From positions 114,471 through 178,470 of the IMG/VR virus record IMGVR_UViG_3300033056_000008: a stretch of DNA of 64,000 nucleotides; one strand, given 5' to 3'. The notes below the pieces were generated by a model. It was not told where the DNA came from and made no database searches. It saw only the letters and a program-made list of their open reading frames with translations. The position numbers and the translations under genes are program-made. Of this stretch, positions 9,386 through 17,307 are shown one piece after another. This DNA is from a virus. How positions within the stretch are numbered: the stretch's first letter is position 1; each line of letters opens with the position of its first letter.

Positions 9386-11614
9386 TCACTCTTCGTACTC
9401 TGCAATTTCATACTTCCTCCCGTTCTTCACAAGAAAACCTTCTTCACACAATTCCTTCATCATATCAGATACATCGTTGATTCTAATCTCCATTAATTTC
9501 TGCAGTACACCTACTCTTGTTTCATTGTTATCTAAAATAATTCGCTTCAATTTATCCATAGGATCTTCAATTACTACATCTTCCAATTCAAGTTTTATTC
9601 CATCCTCTTGACCATATAACTCTTTCAGATTATCTATAACATCCATCCATTCTTTATCATCCAGTGTGATTACCGGAGATTGGAACCTCTGATACTGTTT
9701 TGGTAATCCTTCAATAAGTGCGCAACCATCCCCTTTACCTAATGGCTTAAACGGTATTCCTGTTCCAAATACAGTTGTATAGTCGCTTGATGTTTGTAAT
9801 TTGAAACTAATCCTAGCTGGTAAATTTGCCTTTATTGCACCATCTAAAATATCCGATGATGGTCTTTGTGTAGCTATGATTAAATGAATACCTGCAGCCC
9901 TAGCTTTTGCACCCAATCTATTAATATGATCCTCTACCCCCGGGGATGTTTCCGCTAAATCAGCATACTCATCTACCACAACCACTATATAGGGTATTTT
10001 AATTTCATTATTTTTGTTATAGCTAGCAACGTCTCTATATCTTGAAGCTTTTAATAGCTCATATCGTTTATCCATCTCTACAGTTAGCTTAAACAATAGG
10101 CTTTCTGCTTCTCTCATGTTTGTAATTACTTTCTGTACATGTGGTAGCCCCTCATACGGACTCAATTCCACCATTTTAGGATCTATTAAATACAGGGCAA
10201 GTTCATTTGGATTCATATAGAGGATAAATGTAATCAATATGCTGTTAAGAAACACACTTTTACCTGAACCGGTTGAACCCGAAATAAGTAAATGCCTAAT
10301 GTCTGCTAATGAAGTGAATAGTTTATTGCCTATTTCATCTTCTCCAATGATAAAAGGAAGTACATTTTCCTCTGCAAATGATTGAAACTTCTCACTTTCT
10401 AATATTTCTTTAAGATAAATCAGCTCTGAATCAGTACAAGGAAGGTAGAAGTTAACTGTTTCTGGTTTGTTTCCTATTTCTAAGCTAATATCGCTGTTAC
10501 CAAGAGCTCCTTGAATGTTCTCCATGTTTCTTTTGATATCCTTGAAGTTTTTATCCTTCGGAATCTTACATTCTATAAGCTGAATACGTGCTCCTCTAGT
10601 CATATTAGTTACTTTCAGTGGTTCTTTTGAGATATTTACTCGCTTAAATGCAGCTATTATGGATTTTTCCATCTCTGTATCTACTTCTAGTTGCTTTTTA
10701 GCTTGATAAGGAAGTATTTTTAGTCCTTCAGATAGATAATTGTTGGTAATCTTACGGATTATCTGAGTTGAATGAGGTAAAGTAAGCTCCGTTTTAGTTA
10801 TTTTTTCATTTACCTCACTATATTCATTGCATAGTAGACTGAGTATTTCAGATTCAGAGTAAACTTCTCTGTTATACTCTTCTCTCATGCTTCTTGAAAG
10901 GATTAGTGATGATAACTCATTTGTTGCAGCTTCCTCCACATATAAGTTATTGAACAGATTTAACCTACTTAGTAACTTGTTGGTATTTTCTATGAACTTT
11001 TTTGTGTTGTTTGGATGGAAAATAACAAACCTAACTTCCATTCTGTACCCTTGCTCAAGTATCTTGTTATCTATTTCTTGAATAGGATCTCTTTTCACCT
11101 CATATCGAGTAATTTTACTGAACACTTTCAGCATCTTCTCTTGCATCTGACGAAAGAACTTATTATCCATTGGATCATCATTGCCTTTTAAATAGTTCTC
11201 ATATTGGTTTATTAGTGTTTCTCTCCAATCGTCTGTTCGTTTACATATCAACACTTGAGTTAGTACAGGGAAATTGTTTATATTGGCTATTTCATTAAAT
11301 AAGTTAATGTATTCATCAGTGTCCAAAGGGAAAAAGCTATATTTTTGAAGTTTCATCTCAAAGCAAACACATTTATCATCCAATACCCAGCTAGTTGAAG
11401 AATCCTCGTATTCTTGCTTATCAAATGTAGGACTTATAAAGAACTGTTCAGCGTATTCACCGTCCGAGAATTGTTCTATTGCATACACATTATCAGATAT
11501 AAACCGGGACTTTAATAATTGATGTATTGTTTTATCATTAATTCTATCTAATGCATAGATATTGTTTGTTTCATTTTTAATTGGGGATTTAAATAAATAC
11601 CTCTCCATTGTCAT
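9386..11614 (-). CDS. ftsK: FtsK/SpoIIIE-family DNA translocase lacking N-terminal TM helices
   Basis: HLLISGSTGSGKS, LIDPKMVEL, VVVVDEYAD, RAAGIHLIIATQRPS, GKGDG; C-terminal gamma-like winged helix. Confidence 0.92.
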   Translation of the reverse strand: MTMERYLFKSPIKNETNNIYALDRINDKTIHQLLKSRFISDNVYAIEQFSDGEYAEQFFISPTFDKQEYEDSSTSWVLDDKCVCFEMKLQKYSFFPLDTDEYINLFNEIANINNFPVLTQVLICKRTDDWRETLINQYENYLKGNDDPMDNKFFRQMQEKMLKVFSKITRYEVKRDPIQEIDNKILEQGYRMEVRFVIFHPNNTKKFIENTNKLLSRLNLFNNLYVEEAATNELSSLILSRSMREEYNREVYSESEILSLLCNEYSEVNEKITKTELTLPHSTQIIRKITNNYLSEGLKILPYQAKKQLEVDTEMEKSIIAAFKRVNISKEPLKVTNMTRGARIQLIECKIPKDKNFKDIKRNMENIQGALGNSDISLEIGNKPETVNFYLPCTDSELIYLKEILESEKFQSFAEENVLPFIIGEDEIGNKLFTSLADIRHLLISGSTGSGKSVFLNSILITFILYMNPNELALYLIDPKMVELSPYEGLPHVQKVITNMREAESLLFKLTVEMDKRYELLKASRYRDVASYNKNNEIKIPYIVVVVDEYADLAETSPGVEDHINRLGAKARAAGIHLIIATQRPSSDILDGAIKANLPARISFKLQTSSDYTTVFGTGIPFKPLGKGDGCALIEGLPKQYQRFQSPVITLDDKEWMDVIDNLKELYGQEDGIKLELEDVVIEDPMDKLKRIILDNNETRVGVLQKLMEIRINDVSDMMKELCEEGFLVKNGRKYEIAEYEE

Positions 11615-11626
11615 ATCATCACCTCT

Positions 11627-13003
11627 TTACTTGAGTAAGTCGTCTACAAACCTTCTACCATGTTGATTTCTTAATGCTTTTCTTGTGATATCTAACTTTT
11701 TCTGACTCCGGTAATACTTAGTTGGATCGTATTTAGTCAATCCTTTTACTCTCATTACTCCTCCTATAACATTTTTGTAAGTATCAAATAATCCCACTTC
11801 GTTTCTTTTTTGACGGTTATAAGATGTTATGAATGATGGTGGATTTGCTAAATGGTGTAGTGCACCTATAATGATAAGTACTTTAAAAATCCACATATCC
11901 ACTGTAAGGAATCGAACTGTGTAAAGAAGTAATCCCATTATTAAAATGAATGTAGCGTAAACAACCTGAACGAAAGCCAAATCTTGAATTGTTTCCCACC
12001 ATTGATTATGAAAGTGTTTATGTCGGTTGAATATCCATGCAGAGAATGCTAGTGGAGATAAAGTTAAATTGAAGAAAAGTCTATAATATCGTTTGCCGGA
12101 ATTAATTAATACTGGAACAATCATGCCTATACAGATAAAATCGAAAATAATCATTCCAATAACATCAATGCCACTAACCTTCATAAGTTCAGATAAGTTT
12201 TTACCGTCAAATAATGTTTCACCTAGCTTAGATATGCTTTTTGTAAGACTGTTTAGCAACTTAAATCCCCATTGAAAGATATAGGGTAATGTAAGTGAAG
12301 CTCCAATTGCTACAGGGAATCTTTTTAGTATTGTGTAGAAGTTGGTGTAATCCTTTTTAGTGACTTTGCTGGTCATTTGGAAGAAAGATTCAACAATTGT
12401 TAGGATCACAACAATGAATACTGAAATGGAAGAGAATATTAGTGAAGTGTGTTGAGTGTAGGGGTTATTAAAAATAAATGTCGGTGTTTGAAAGCCAACT
12501 AACATGAGCATTTTAAATATCCAAGCAAATATATCAGCAGTAAAGTTTGCAACGTGTTCTGGAAAATGCTTAAACCAATCAAATGTGACTTCAGCTTTAT
12601 CTATAAAGGCTGATAATCTCTCCCATATGCTTTGATCACCATAATTATTGAATGCACCATGTTTTGAAATACTTCCCTTATCGATAAATGATTCAGCATG
12701 TGTAACGTTAGCGAACATAAACGATGGAGAGAGTGCTGCGAATGGTAGTGCAATTTTCTTTAGATACCTGTTAATAGCCCTGAGAATATCGGAAGGTTTT
12801 TTAAAACTAATATCGTTAAGAAAAATAGAAGCAATATGATCGGCAGTGCTACTAACACTTGAGCGAATCCGTGTATTATGTCTGATGTCCATTCTATAGC
12901 GAACTTCTTTTGTTTCATCATTCGCATTACTCCGGCTAGAATGAGTAACACTATTGCTGCTACAACGGCTAGAATTATGAATGTTACTATTATTGTCATG
13001 CAT
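11627..13003 (-). CDS. polytopic membrane protein (VirB6/TcpH-like topology); true start uncertain
   Basis: about 6-7 hydrophobic segments, LSPLAFSAWIF..WW motif reminiscent of Gram-positive VirB6; 5' part overlaps the upstream ORF. Confidence 0.7.
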   Translation of the reverse strand: MHDNNSNIHNSSRCSSNSVTHSSRSNANDETKEVRYRMDIRHNTRIRSSVSSTADHIASIFLNDISFKKPSDILRAINRYLKKIALPFAALSPSFMFANVTHAESFIDKGSISKHGAFNNYGDQSIWERLSAFIDKAEVTFDWFKHFPEHVANFTADIFAWIFKMLMLVGFQTPTFIFNNPYTQHTSLIFSSISVFIVVILTIVESFFQMTSKVTKKDYTNFYTILKRFPVAIGASLTLPYIFQWGFKLLNSLTKSISKLGETLFDGKNLSELMKVSGIDVIGMIIFDFICIGMIVPVLINSGKRYYRLFFNLTLSPLAFSAWIFNRHKHFHNQWWETIQDLAFVQVVYATFILIMGLLLYTVRFLTVDMWIFKVLIIIGALHHLANPPSFITSYNRQKRNEVGLFDTYKNVIGGVMRVKGLTKYDPTKYYRSQKKLDITRKALRNQHGRRFVDDLLK

Positions 13004-13305
13004 GTTCCGATAAATTCTGGTGGAATAAGTAGCCCCATCGTATCTTGAGACGGAGTAACTTTTAATGGGGCTGCCATTGATTTTGATGTGAATATCGGAA
13101 ACGTTAGTGCGCTTAGTAGGAAGTTTCTTGCTGTCTTTTTGTATTCCTTCTTTTCCTTTTTGGATAACTTCATCACCTCCTCTGCATTTATTTTGATTGG
13201 AAAATTTATATTTTCATTTAATTGTATAGTTGAAGTGTTGTAGTTAACGTAGCTTTCTGGATTCTTCACGCAAAAGTTCACTGTGAGAGATTTCATTATT
13301 ATCAC
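12760..13305 (-). CDS. membrane protein with two C-terminal TM helices (pilin/VirB2-like topology)
   Basis: signal-like ALTFPIFTSKSMA, then two long hydrophobic helices separated by a basic loop; SD AAGGTG. Confidence 0.7.
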   Translation of the reverse strand: MIIMKSLTVNFCVKNPESYVNYNTSTIQLNENINFPIKINAEEVMKLSKKEKKEYKKTARNFLLSALTFPIFTSKSMAAPLKVTPSQDTMGLLIPPEFIGTCMTIIVTFIILAVVAAIVLLILAGVMRMMKQKKFAIEWTSDIIHGFAQVLVALPIILLLFFLTILVLKNLPIFSGLLTGI

Positions 13306-13426
13306 CTTTCTTTTTATTATTCAACTTTAGTGTATGGAAACTGCTCATTACGAAGTCTATTCCTTTAGCACTCGCTAAGATTGCTCCTATACTAAGTGCT
13401 GATCCAATCAATCCTAATACTGTCAT
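13244..13426 (-). CDS. small membrane peptide, first gene of the ftsK operon
   Basis: SD AAGGAG; hydrophobic N-terminus. Confidence 0.6.
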   Translation of the reverse strand: MTVLGLIGSALSIGAILASAKGIDFVMSSFHTLKLNNKKKGDNNEISHSELLREESRKLR

Positions 13427-13448
13427 AAGCCATCCACTCCTTTTTAAT

Positions 13449-13478
13449 ATCGTATTAAGGCTTCAATTTGTCTTATTA
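13449..13478 (-). promoter_or_regulatory. sigmaE-like sporulation promoter
   Basis: TAATA-17 bp-AATACGAT versus B. subtilis sigmaE consensus (t/g)cATA-17-CATACGAT; lies just upstream of the SD. Confidence 0.55.
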
Positions 13479-13499
13479 CAGTTATTAAAAGAAAAATGT

Positions 13500-13922
13500 T
13501 TATTCTTCAACTCTATATAAGATTTTATCTAATGGCGGGCATTCTAAAGCTATCCATATACGAAAGAAATAATCTAGAGAAGGTTGGTTTTTATTTTTCA
13601 TAATAAGACTTAAATTAGATGCTCCAATACCCGTTCTCTCAGCTAACATTGCTTGAGATATACCCTTTTTATCTATATATTCTTTTAAATGATTTTGGAG
13701 CCTGTATGGTTTACCTAAATCGTTAATACCTGATAAGTCAATTTGATGCTTTACTCGGTCTATATAATGATGAATAACTCCTGCTGCAAAATCTTCAATG
13801 GTATTAGTTTGCTTGGAATCATGAAATAGTAATGTTTTGACGTTTTGGTAAATGACTAACAACTCTATATCCTTCATCGTTTCTTCTTTCAAATGAATAA
13901 CTAATTCTCTATAAATTGTCAT
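13500..13922 (-). CDS. transcriptional regulator with C-terminal XRE HTH
   Basis: NHLKEYIDKKGISQAMLAERTGIGASNLSLIMKNKNQPSL; SD GAGGAGG. Confidence 0.85.
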   Translation of the reverse strand: MTIYRELVIHLKEETMKDIELLVIYQNVKTLLFHDSKQTNTIEDFAAGVIHHYIDRVKHQIDLSGINDLGKPYRLQNHLKEYIDKKGISQAMLAERTGIGASNLSLIMKNKNQPSLDYFFRIWIALECPPLDKILYRVEE

Positions 13923-13983
13923 GTATAGTTACCTCCTCTAATGGTCAATCTATAAGTAACATTATTAAGTTGGAGGATTAAAA

Positions 13984-14070
13984 ATGATAACAATCGTACT
14001 AAATAAAGAAGACAGAGACGAACTATTAGATGAAATATTTGACAGCTCTAAAGGAAATAAGAATAAGTAG
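13984..14070 (+). CDS. 28-aa micro-ORF (not in track)
   Basis: GGAGG then ATG; MITIVLNKEDRDELLDEIFDSSKGNKNK. Confidence 0.4.
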   Translation: MITIVLNKEDRDELLDEIFDSSKGNKNK

Positions 14071-14081
14071 GAGGTATTTTT

Positions 14082-14234
14082 ATGGAATTTTGTGGTTGGT
14101 TTGTAAAGAGTGATATGAAGTGGGAAAAAGAATTTGCTAATTTAAGTCACAAGGACTTTCAGAAATTAGGCATTGAAAAAGATAAGCTGTATAGCATATT
14201 GGAGAAACTTTATGAATTGCGTGTAATCGACTGA
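14082..14234 (+). CDS. 50-aa micro-ORF (not in track)
   Basis: AGGAGG overlapping the previous stop; MEFCGWFVKSDMKWEKEF...; overlaps the 3' end of the M23 gene convergently. Confidence 0.4.
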   Translation: MEFCGWFVKSDMKWEKEFANLSHKDFQKLGIEKDKLYSILEKLYELRVID

Positions 14235-14768
14235 GAGAAAGAAATCAACAAAATGCAGTTTTAAACTTTTAGCTATTTCATTAAGCATATCGGAGTATTG
14301 AGACATAATGCTTAACAGGGACGTTTTAGTTTCTATAGCGTTCTGAACATTCTGGACAAGGTATTCCGGATCATTCATATGTTGGATATCGTTGATGTAT
14401 GGTGATGGGTCGATGAATTGATTGTTTTCTTTCAGACCAAAGTGCAAATGATAACCACCATTAGCGCCTACAACGTGACCGGAATTTCCTGACAAGCCTA
14501 TGATATCCCCTGCTTGAACAGATTGACCTTCAGTTACATTAAACTTAGAAAGATGACCGTAAATTGCCGTCTTCCCATCCTCCCATTTCACCATTACTGC
14601 TTTCCCTGCATTTTGGTTACCATAGTCTACAACTTTAGTGACAATTCCATCTCTAATTGAACGTAATTCCGTTCCTTTATCCATGGCAAAATCGATGCCT
14701 GAATGCGGGTTTGGTCTGAACGCCTCTTTTTCCTGGAAGTATGAGGTTATTTTATACACGACTATCAC
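14166..14768 (-). CDS. M23-family metallopeptidase with hydrophobic C-terminal tail
   Basis: HSGIDF (HxxxD), YGHLS, HLHF; no N-terminal signal; probable start GTG 14759. Confidence 0.9.
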   Translation of the reverse strand: MIVVYKITSYFQEKEAFRPNPHSGIDFAMDKGTELRSIRDGIVTKVVDYGNQNAGKAVMVKWEDGKTAIYGHLSKFNVTEGQSVQAGDIIGLSGNSGHVVGANGGYHLHFGLKENNQFIDPSPYINDIQHMNDPEYLVQNVQNAIETKTSLLSIMSQYSDMLNEIAKSLKLHFVDFFLSVDYTQFIKFLQYAIQLIFFNA

Positions 14769-14803
14769 CTTCTATTTTTCTATAAAGTTTTTAACCTAGT
14801 TAA

Positions 14804-14928
14804 TTACCCGAAATTCACACTACCCATTTTCTAATTACCGAACCGTATTTTCATTACCCATAGGGCGGTAACATGCACGGGTAACTTAAAATTGACAGTT
14901 CGGTAACAAGTGGGTAATGAATGGGTAA
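14804..14928. repeat. array of nine TTACC/GGTAA repeats (candidate centromere)
   Basis: (T/C)TACC at 14804, 14820, 14835, 14854; GGTAA at 14867, 14880, 14902, 14913, 14924 (last four in 11-bp phase). Confidence 0.7.
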
Positions 14929-14935
14929 CGAGATA

Positions 14936-16063
14936 TTAATTGAAAAATTGCTTCAAATCTTGTGATGATTTAACTGCCGTGTTAGTTGCTTTTGGCTTTG
15001 CGAATTGACCAAAGATGTCTTCTTTACTTGTGTTTTTAGATTTGTATTCAACAGTATCAATCATTGATAAGTTATTCTTTTGTTCTTCAACCAATTCATC
15101 AATTTCCTGTATGCGAGTATTGATCCATTCTAGTCCGCTAAGGATAGAGATAACCTCACCTGCGTTGTCTGTATAATTGGCTTCAAAAAGATCTACGGGG
15201 CTTTTATTACCAAAGATGCTAAATATCTTTCCGTAGTTGATATACTCCAGAAATCTTTCGTTACCATTGAAGATAATACCTGCTCTTAGAATACGATTGT
15301 TTTCTATTGGAGTGTAGATGGTATCGTTCCAAGAGTTTTGTATTTCACTAGAGAAATGCTCAACAGATAACGTTGTTCCTGATATGTTTAACACTTTAGC
15401 TTTGGCAATTGTCATAATACCTTTAATTGAAAATAGTTGTTTAAGATCCTTTTTATCTAAAATTCCATTCTTACTACTTTTCTCCGTATACAGTTCTAAT
15501 TCACGTAGTTGAGCAATAAATTGTGTATTAGTTATTTGGAAAAGCTTATTTTTAGATACAAATCCATTACGTCTAATTACAGTTTCATTGTCAATTGGAA
15601 TAGTACAAACGTTGATAGTGGATAATTCATCAAGTAGTGACAGAGTGTTTATCTGGTTGATTAATACTTCATTCTTACTTGGTAAGATAGGTGCTGCAAC
15701 AAATACTTTATCCGGCATTTGCTGAGCTAACATTTGAAGTAATATTGTACTCATTCCGCTACCGCTGCCACCGCCGGTGCTGAAAGTTACGATAATTACT
15801 TCTACAGAAGATTTAGAAAGGTGCTTTTTGACAAAATCAATCACAGATTCATAATTGTTCTTTAGTAGTTCTCTTGCTATTTCTCTTTCTTTACCTACAC
15901 CTTCTGATCCTACACAATAATGTCTCATATCTTCCTTGATGTGTATTAAAGAATCTAAATCTGATTTAGAATAGTTAATCGCAATTGAATCATAGCCAAT
16001 CTTTGCAGCTTCATCCGCTACATTACCTCCTGCTGCTCCTAAACCAATAAACGCAAAATACAT
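14936..16063 (-). CDS. tubZ: tubulin/FtsZ-superfamily GTPase (TubZ/PhuZ-like)
   Basis: IGLGAAGGN, EGVGKE, GGGSGSG signature loop, IDN, T7-like LDKKDL; ATG 16063 after SD GGGAGG. Confidence 0.85.
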   Translation of the reverse strand: MYFAFIGLGAAGGNVADEAAKIGYDSIAINYSKSDLDSLIHIKEDMRHYCVGSEGVGKEREIARELLKNNYESVIDFVKKHLSKSSVEVIIVTFSTGGGSGSGMSTILLQMLAQQMPDKVFVAAPILPSKNEVLINQINTLSLLDELSTINVCTIPIDNETVIRRNGFVSKNKLFQITNTQFIAQLRELELYTEKSSKNGILDKKDLKQLFSIKGIMTIAKAKVLNISGTTLSVEHFSSEIQNSWNDTIYTPIENNRILRAGIIFNGNERFLEYINYGKIFSIFGNKSPVDLFEANYTDNAGEVISILSGLEWINTRIQEIDELVEEQKNNLSMIDTVEYKSKNTSKEDIFGQFAKPKATNTAVKSSQDLKQFFN

Positions 16064-16077
16064 AATCAATTCCTCCC

Positions 16078-16365
16078 TTAGTTAGGTTCCAATGCTTGTA
16101 ATCCAATTGTTGAAATATAGATTTTTTGTTGTTTGCCACTATTGAATAGACTGATAAATTTTAAAGCCTCAAGTCGGTGAAAGGACTTTCTTATTGTTGC
16201 TTCTGTCATCGCAGGTTGTTGTTCGAAGACTTCTTTAATAAGAGTCTTTCTGGAAACAGACTTAAACTTCTCGTTAGCTTCTCTTTCCTTTAAGTAGGTT
16301 AATAAAAAGAGGTCTTCAATAGATAAGTTAGTAACTACATCCTGGAAATAGTGCTGGTATGACAT
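16078..16365 (-). CDS. small winged-helix DNA-binding protein (TubR-like adaptor)
   Basis: MTEATIRKSFHRLEALKFI...KIYISTIG wHTH pattern; immediately upstream of the tubulin gene. Confidence 0.7.
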   Translation of the reverse strand: MSYQHYFQDVVTNLSIEDLFLLTYLKEREANEKFKSVSRKTLIKEVFEQQPAMTEATIRKSFHRLEALKFISLFNSGKQQKIYISTIGLQALEPN

Positions 16366-16367
16366 CG

Positions 16368-16422
16368 TTATCCTCCTTTATCTTTTAAGATAATGTAATA
16401 TCATGTGTGATATCCGTCTATC
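16368..16422. repeat. six TATC/GATA elements in exact 10-bp phase (candidate tubC/operator)
   Basis: TATC or GATA starts at 16369, 16379, 16389, 16399, 16409, 16419. Confidence 0.6.
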
Positions 16423-16428
16423 TGATTT

Positions 16429-16458
16429 AGAGTATAAACTTGGAAACGAGCAGTATGC
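16429..16458 (-). promoter_or_regulatory. sigmaE-like promoter of the tubR-tubZ operon
   Basis: GCATA-17 bp-TATACTCT, same spacing as the site at 13449-13478. Confidence 0.4.
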
Positions 16459-16499
16459 AAGATAAAAATTAAAATATTTATGTATTTTTATAAAAATAA

Positions 16500-16529
16500 T
16501 TGTACTTTATTAAGTAGACTTGCTATAAT
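16500..16529 (+). promoter_or_regulatory. sigmaA promoter (extended -10)
   Basis: TTGTAC-18-TATAAT with TGn. Confidence 0.7.
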
Positions 16530-16568
16530 GGGAGTAGGCAAGGTATATTTGAAAGGAGGGTTGAGTCT

Positions 16569-16784
16569 TTGGAGGCAGATGTATTGTTAGAATCACATAT
16601 AAAGTTGAAATTAGTTGAACAGAAAAAGAAGAATAAAGATCTTGCAGCATACTTAGGAGTAAGTGTACAAAGTGTTACCAATTGGAGTAGTGGACATGCT
16701 AGTCCCCCACTTGAGACTGCATTTAAAATTGCAGAATTTCTAGATTGTAAAGTAGACGATTTATATACATACATAAAAGAATGA
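16569..16784 (+). CDS. Cro/XRE-type HTH regulator
   Basis: KDLAAYLGVSVQSVTNWSSGHASPPLETAFKIAEFLDCKVDDLY. Confidence 0.88.
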   Translation: MEADVLLESHIKLKLVEQKKKNKDLAAYLGVSVQSVTNWSSGHASPPLETAFKIAEFLDCKVDDLYTYIKE

Positions 16785-16827
16785 TAATACTCTTCCCTCG
16801 ATGTTTACTTAGATTAAAACAATATTT

Positions 16828-16873
16828 AAAATAAATTAATTATATTGTTAATACACAAGAGCTGTTGTATAAT
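16828..16873 (+). promoter_or_regulatory. sigmaA promoter of the yonO operon with adjacent 15-mer
   Basis: AAAATAAATTAATTA (16828-16842), then TTGTTA-17-TATAAT. Confidence 0.7.
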
Positions 16874-16956
16874 GAAATCAGGAAAAGTAATTTTCTTGAA
16901 ATTAATATTTTCATAAAATAATAGTAAAATAAATTAATTTAAGGTGGTGAAAAACG

Positions 16957-17154
16957 ATGATTAAAAAGAAAGATCGCTATACAGTTAGTGAGGTGATGGA
17001 GTTTATTGAAGCTAAAATGATTTCAAATGAAGCTTCCGCACAAGAAGAAAGATTATATGAAGATTACAAGTGGACTGGTAAGATCGATTATAAATTACAT
17101 ACTCTAACAATCAAAAGGATTATTAGAGATATCGAGATTGGTAAATACATATAA
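16957..17154 (+). CDS. small hypothetical protein
   Basis: SD AAGGTGG; first gene after the promoter. Confidence 0.7.
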   Translation: MIKKKDRYTVSEVMEFIEAKMISNEASAQEERLYEDYKWTGKIDYKLHTLTIKRIIRDIEIGKYI

Positions 17155-17187
17155 TAAAATAAATTAATTAAAAGGTGTTGTTACATA

Positions 17188-17289
17188 ATGAATAAAGATT
17201 ATCTAGAGAATGAAGAAGAAATCGAAAATATAGATGATTATGATTGGGAGATATCTAAACAATTTGATCCAGATTTAAGTGATCAGTAA
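17188..17289 (+). CDS. 33-aa acidic peptide (not in track)
   Basis: MNKDYLENEEEIENIDDYDWEISKQFDPDLSDQ, SD AAGGTG. Confidence 0.45.
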   Translation: MNKDYLENEEEIENIDDYDWEISKQFDPDLSDQ

Positions 17290-17307
17290 CCAAGGGGGAG
17301 TTAAATA

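Noticed and set aside
9386-14768. Classical type IV conjugation system or ICE
   Set aside because: No VirB4 or relaxase in the window, and the ATPase is FtsK-type with a gamma-like domain
14804-14928. CRISPR array
   Set aside because: Repeats are 5-6 bp, in both orientations, irregularly spaced; no cas genes
14936-16063. Host cell-division ftsZ
   Set aside because: Too divergent, lacks the FtsZ C-terminal peptide and dcw context; paired with a wHTH gene
16523-16774. Minus-strand ORF opposite the Cro-like gene, and similar antisense ORFs (3058, 25335, 25905, 27837, 49656 and others)
   Set aside because: Fully overlap well-supported genes on the other strand; no SD or motifs
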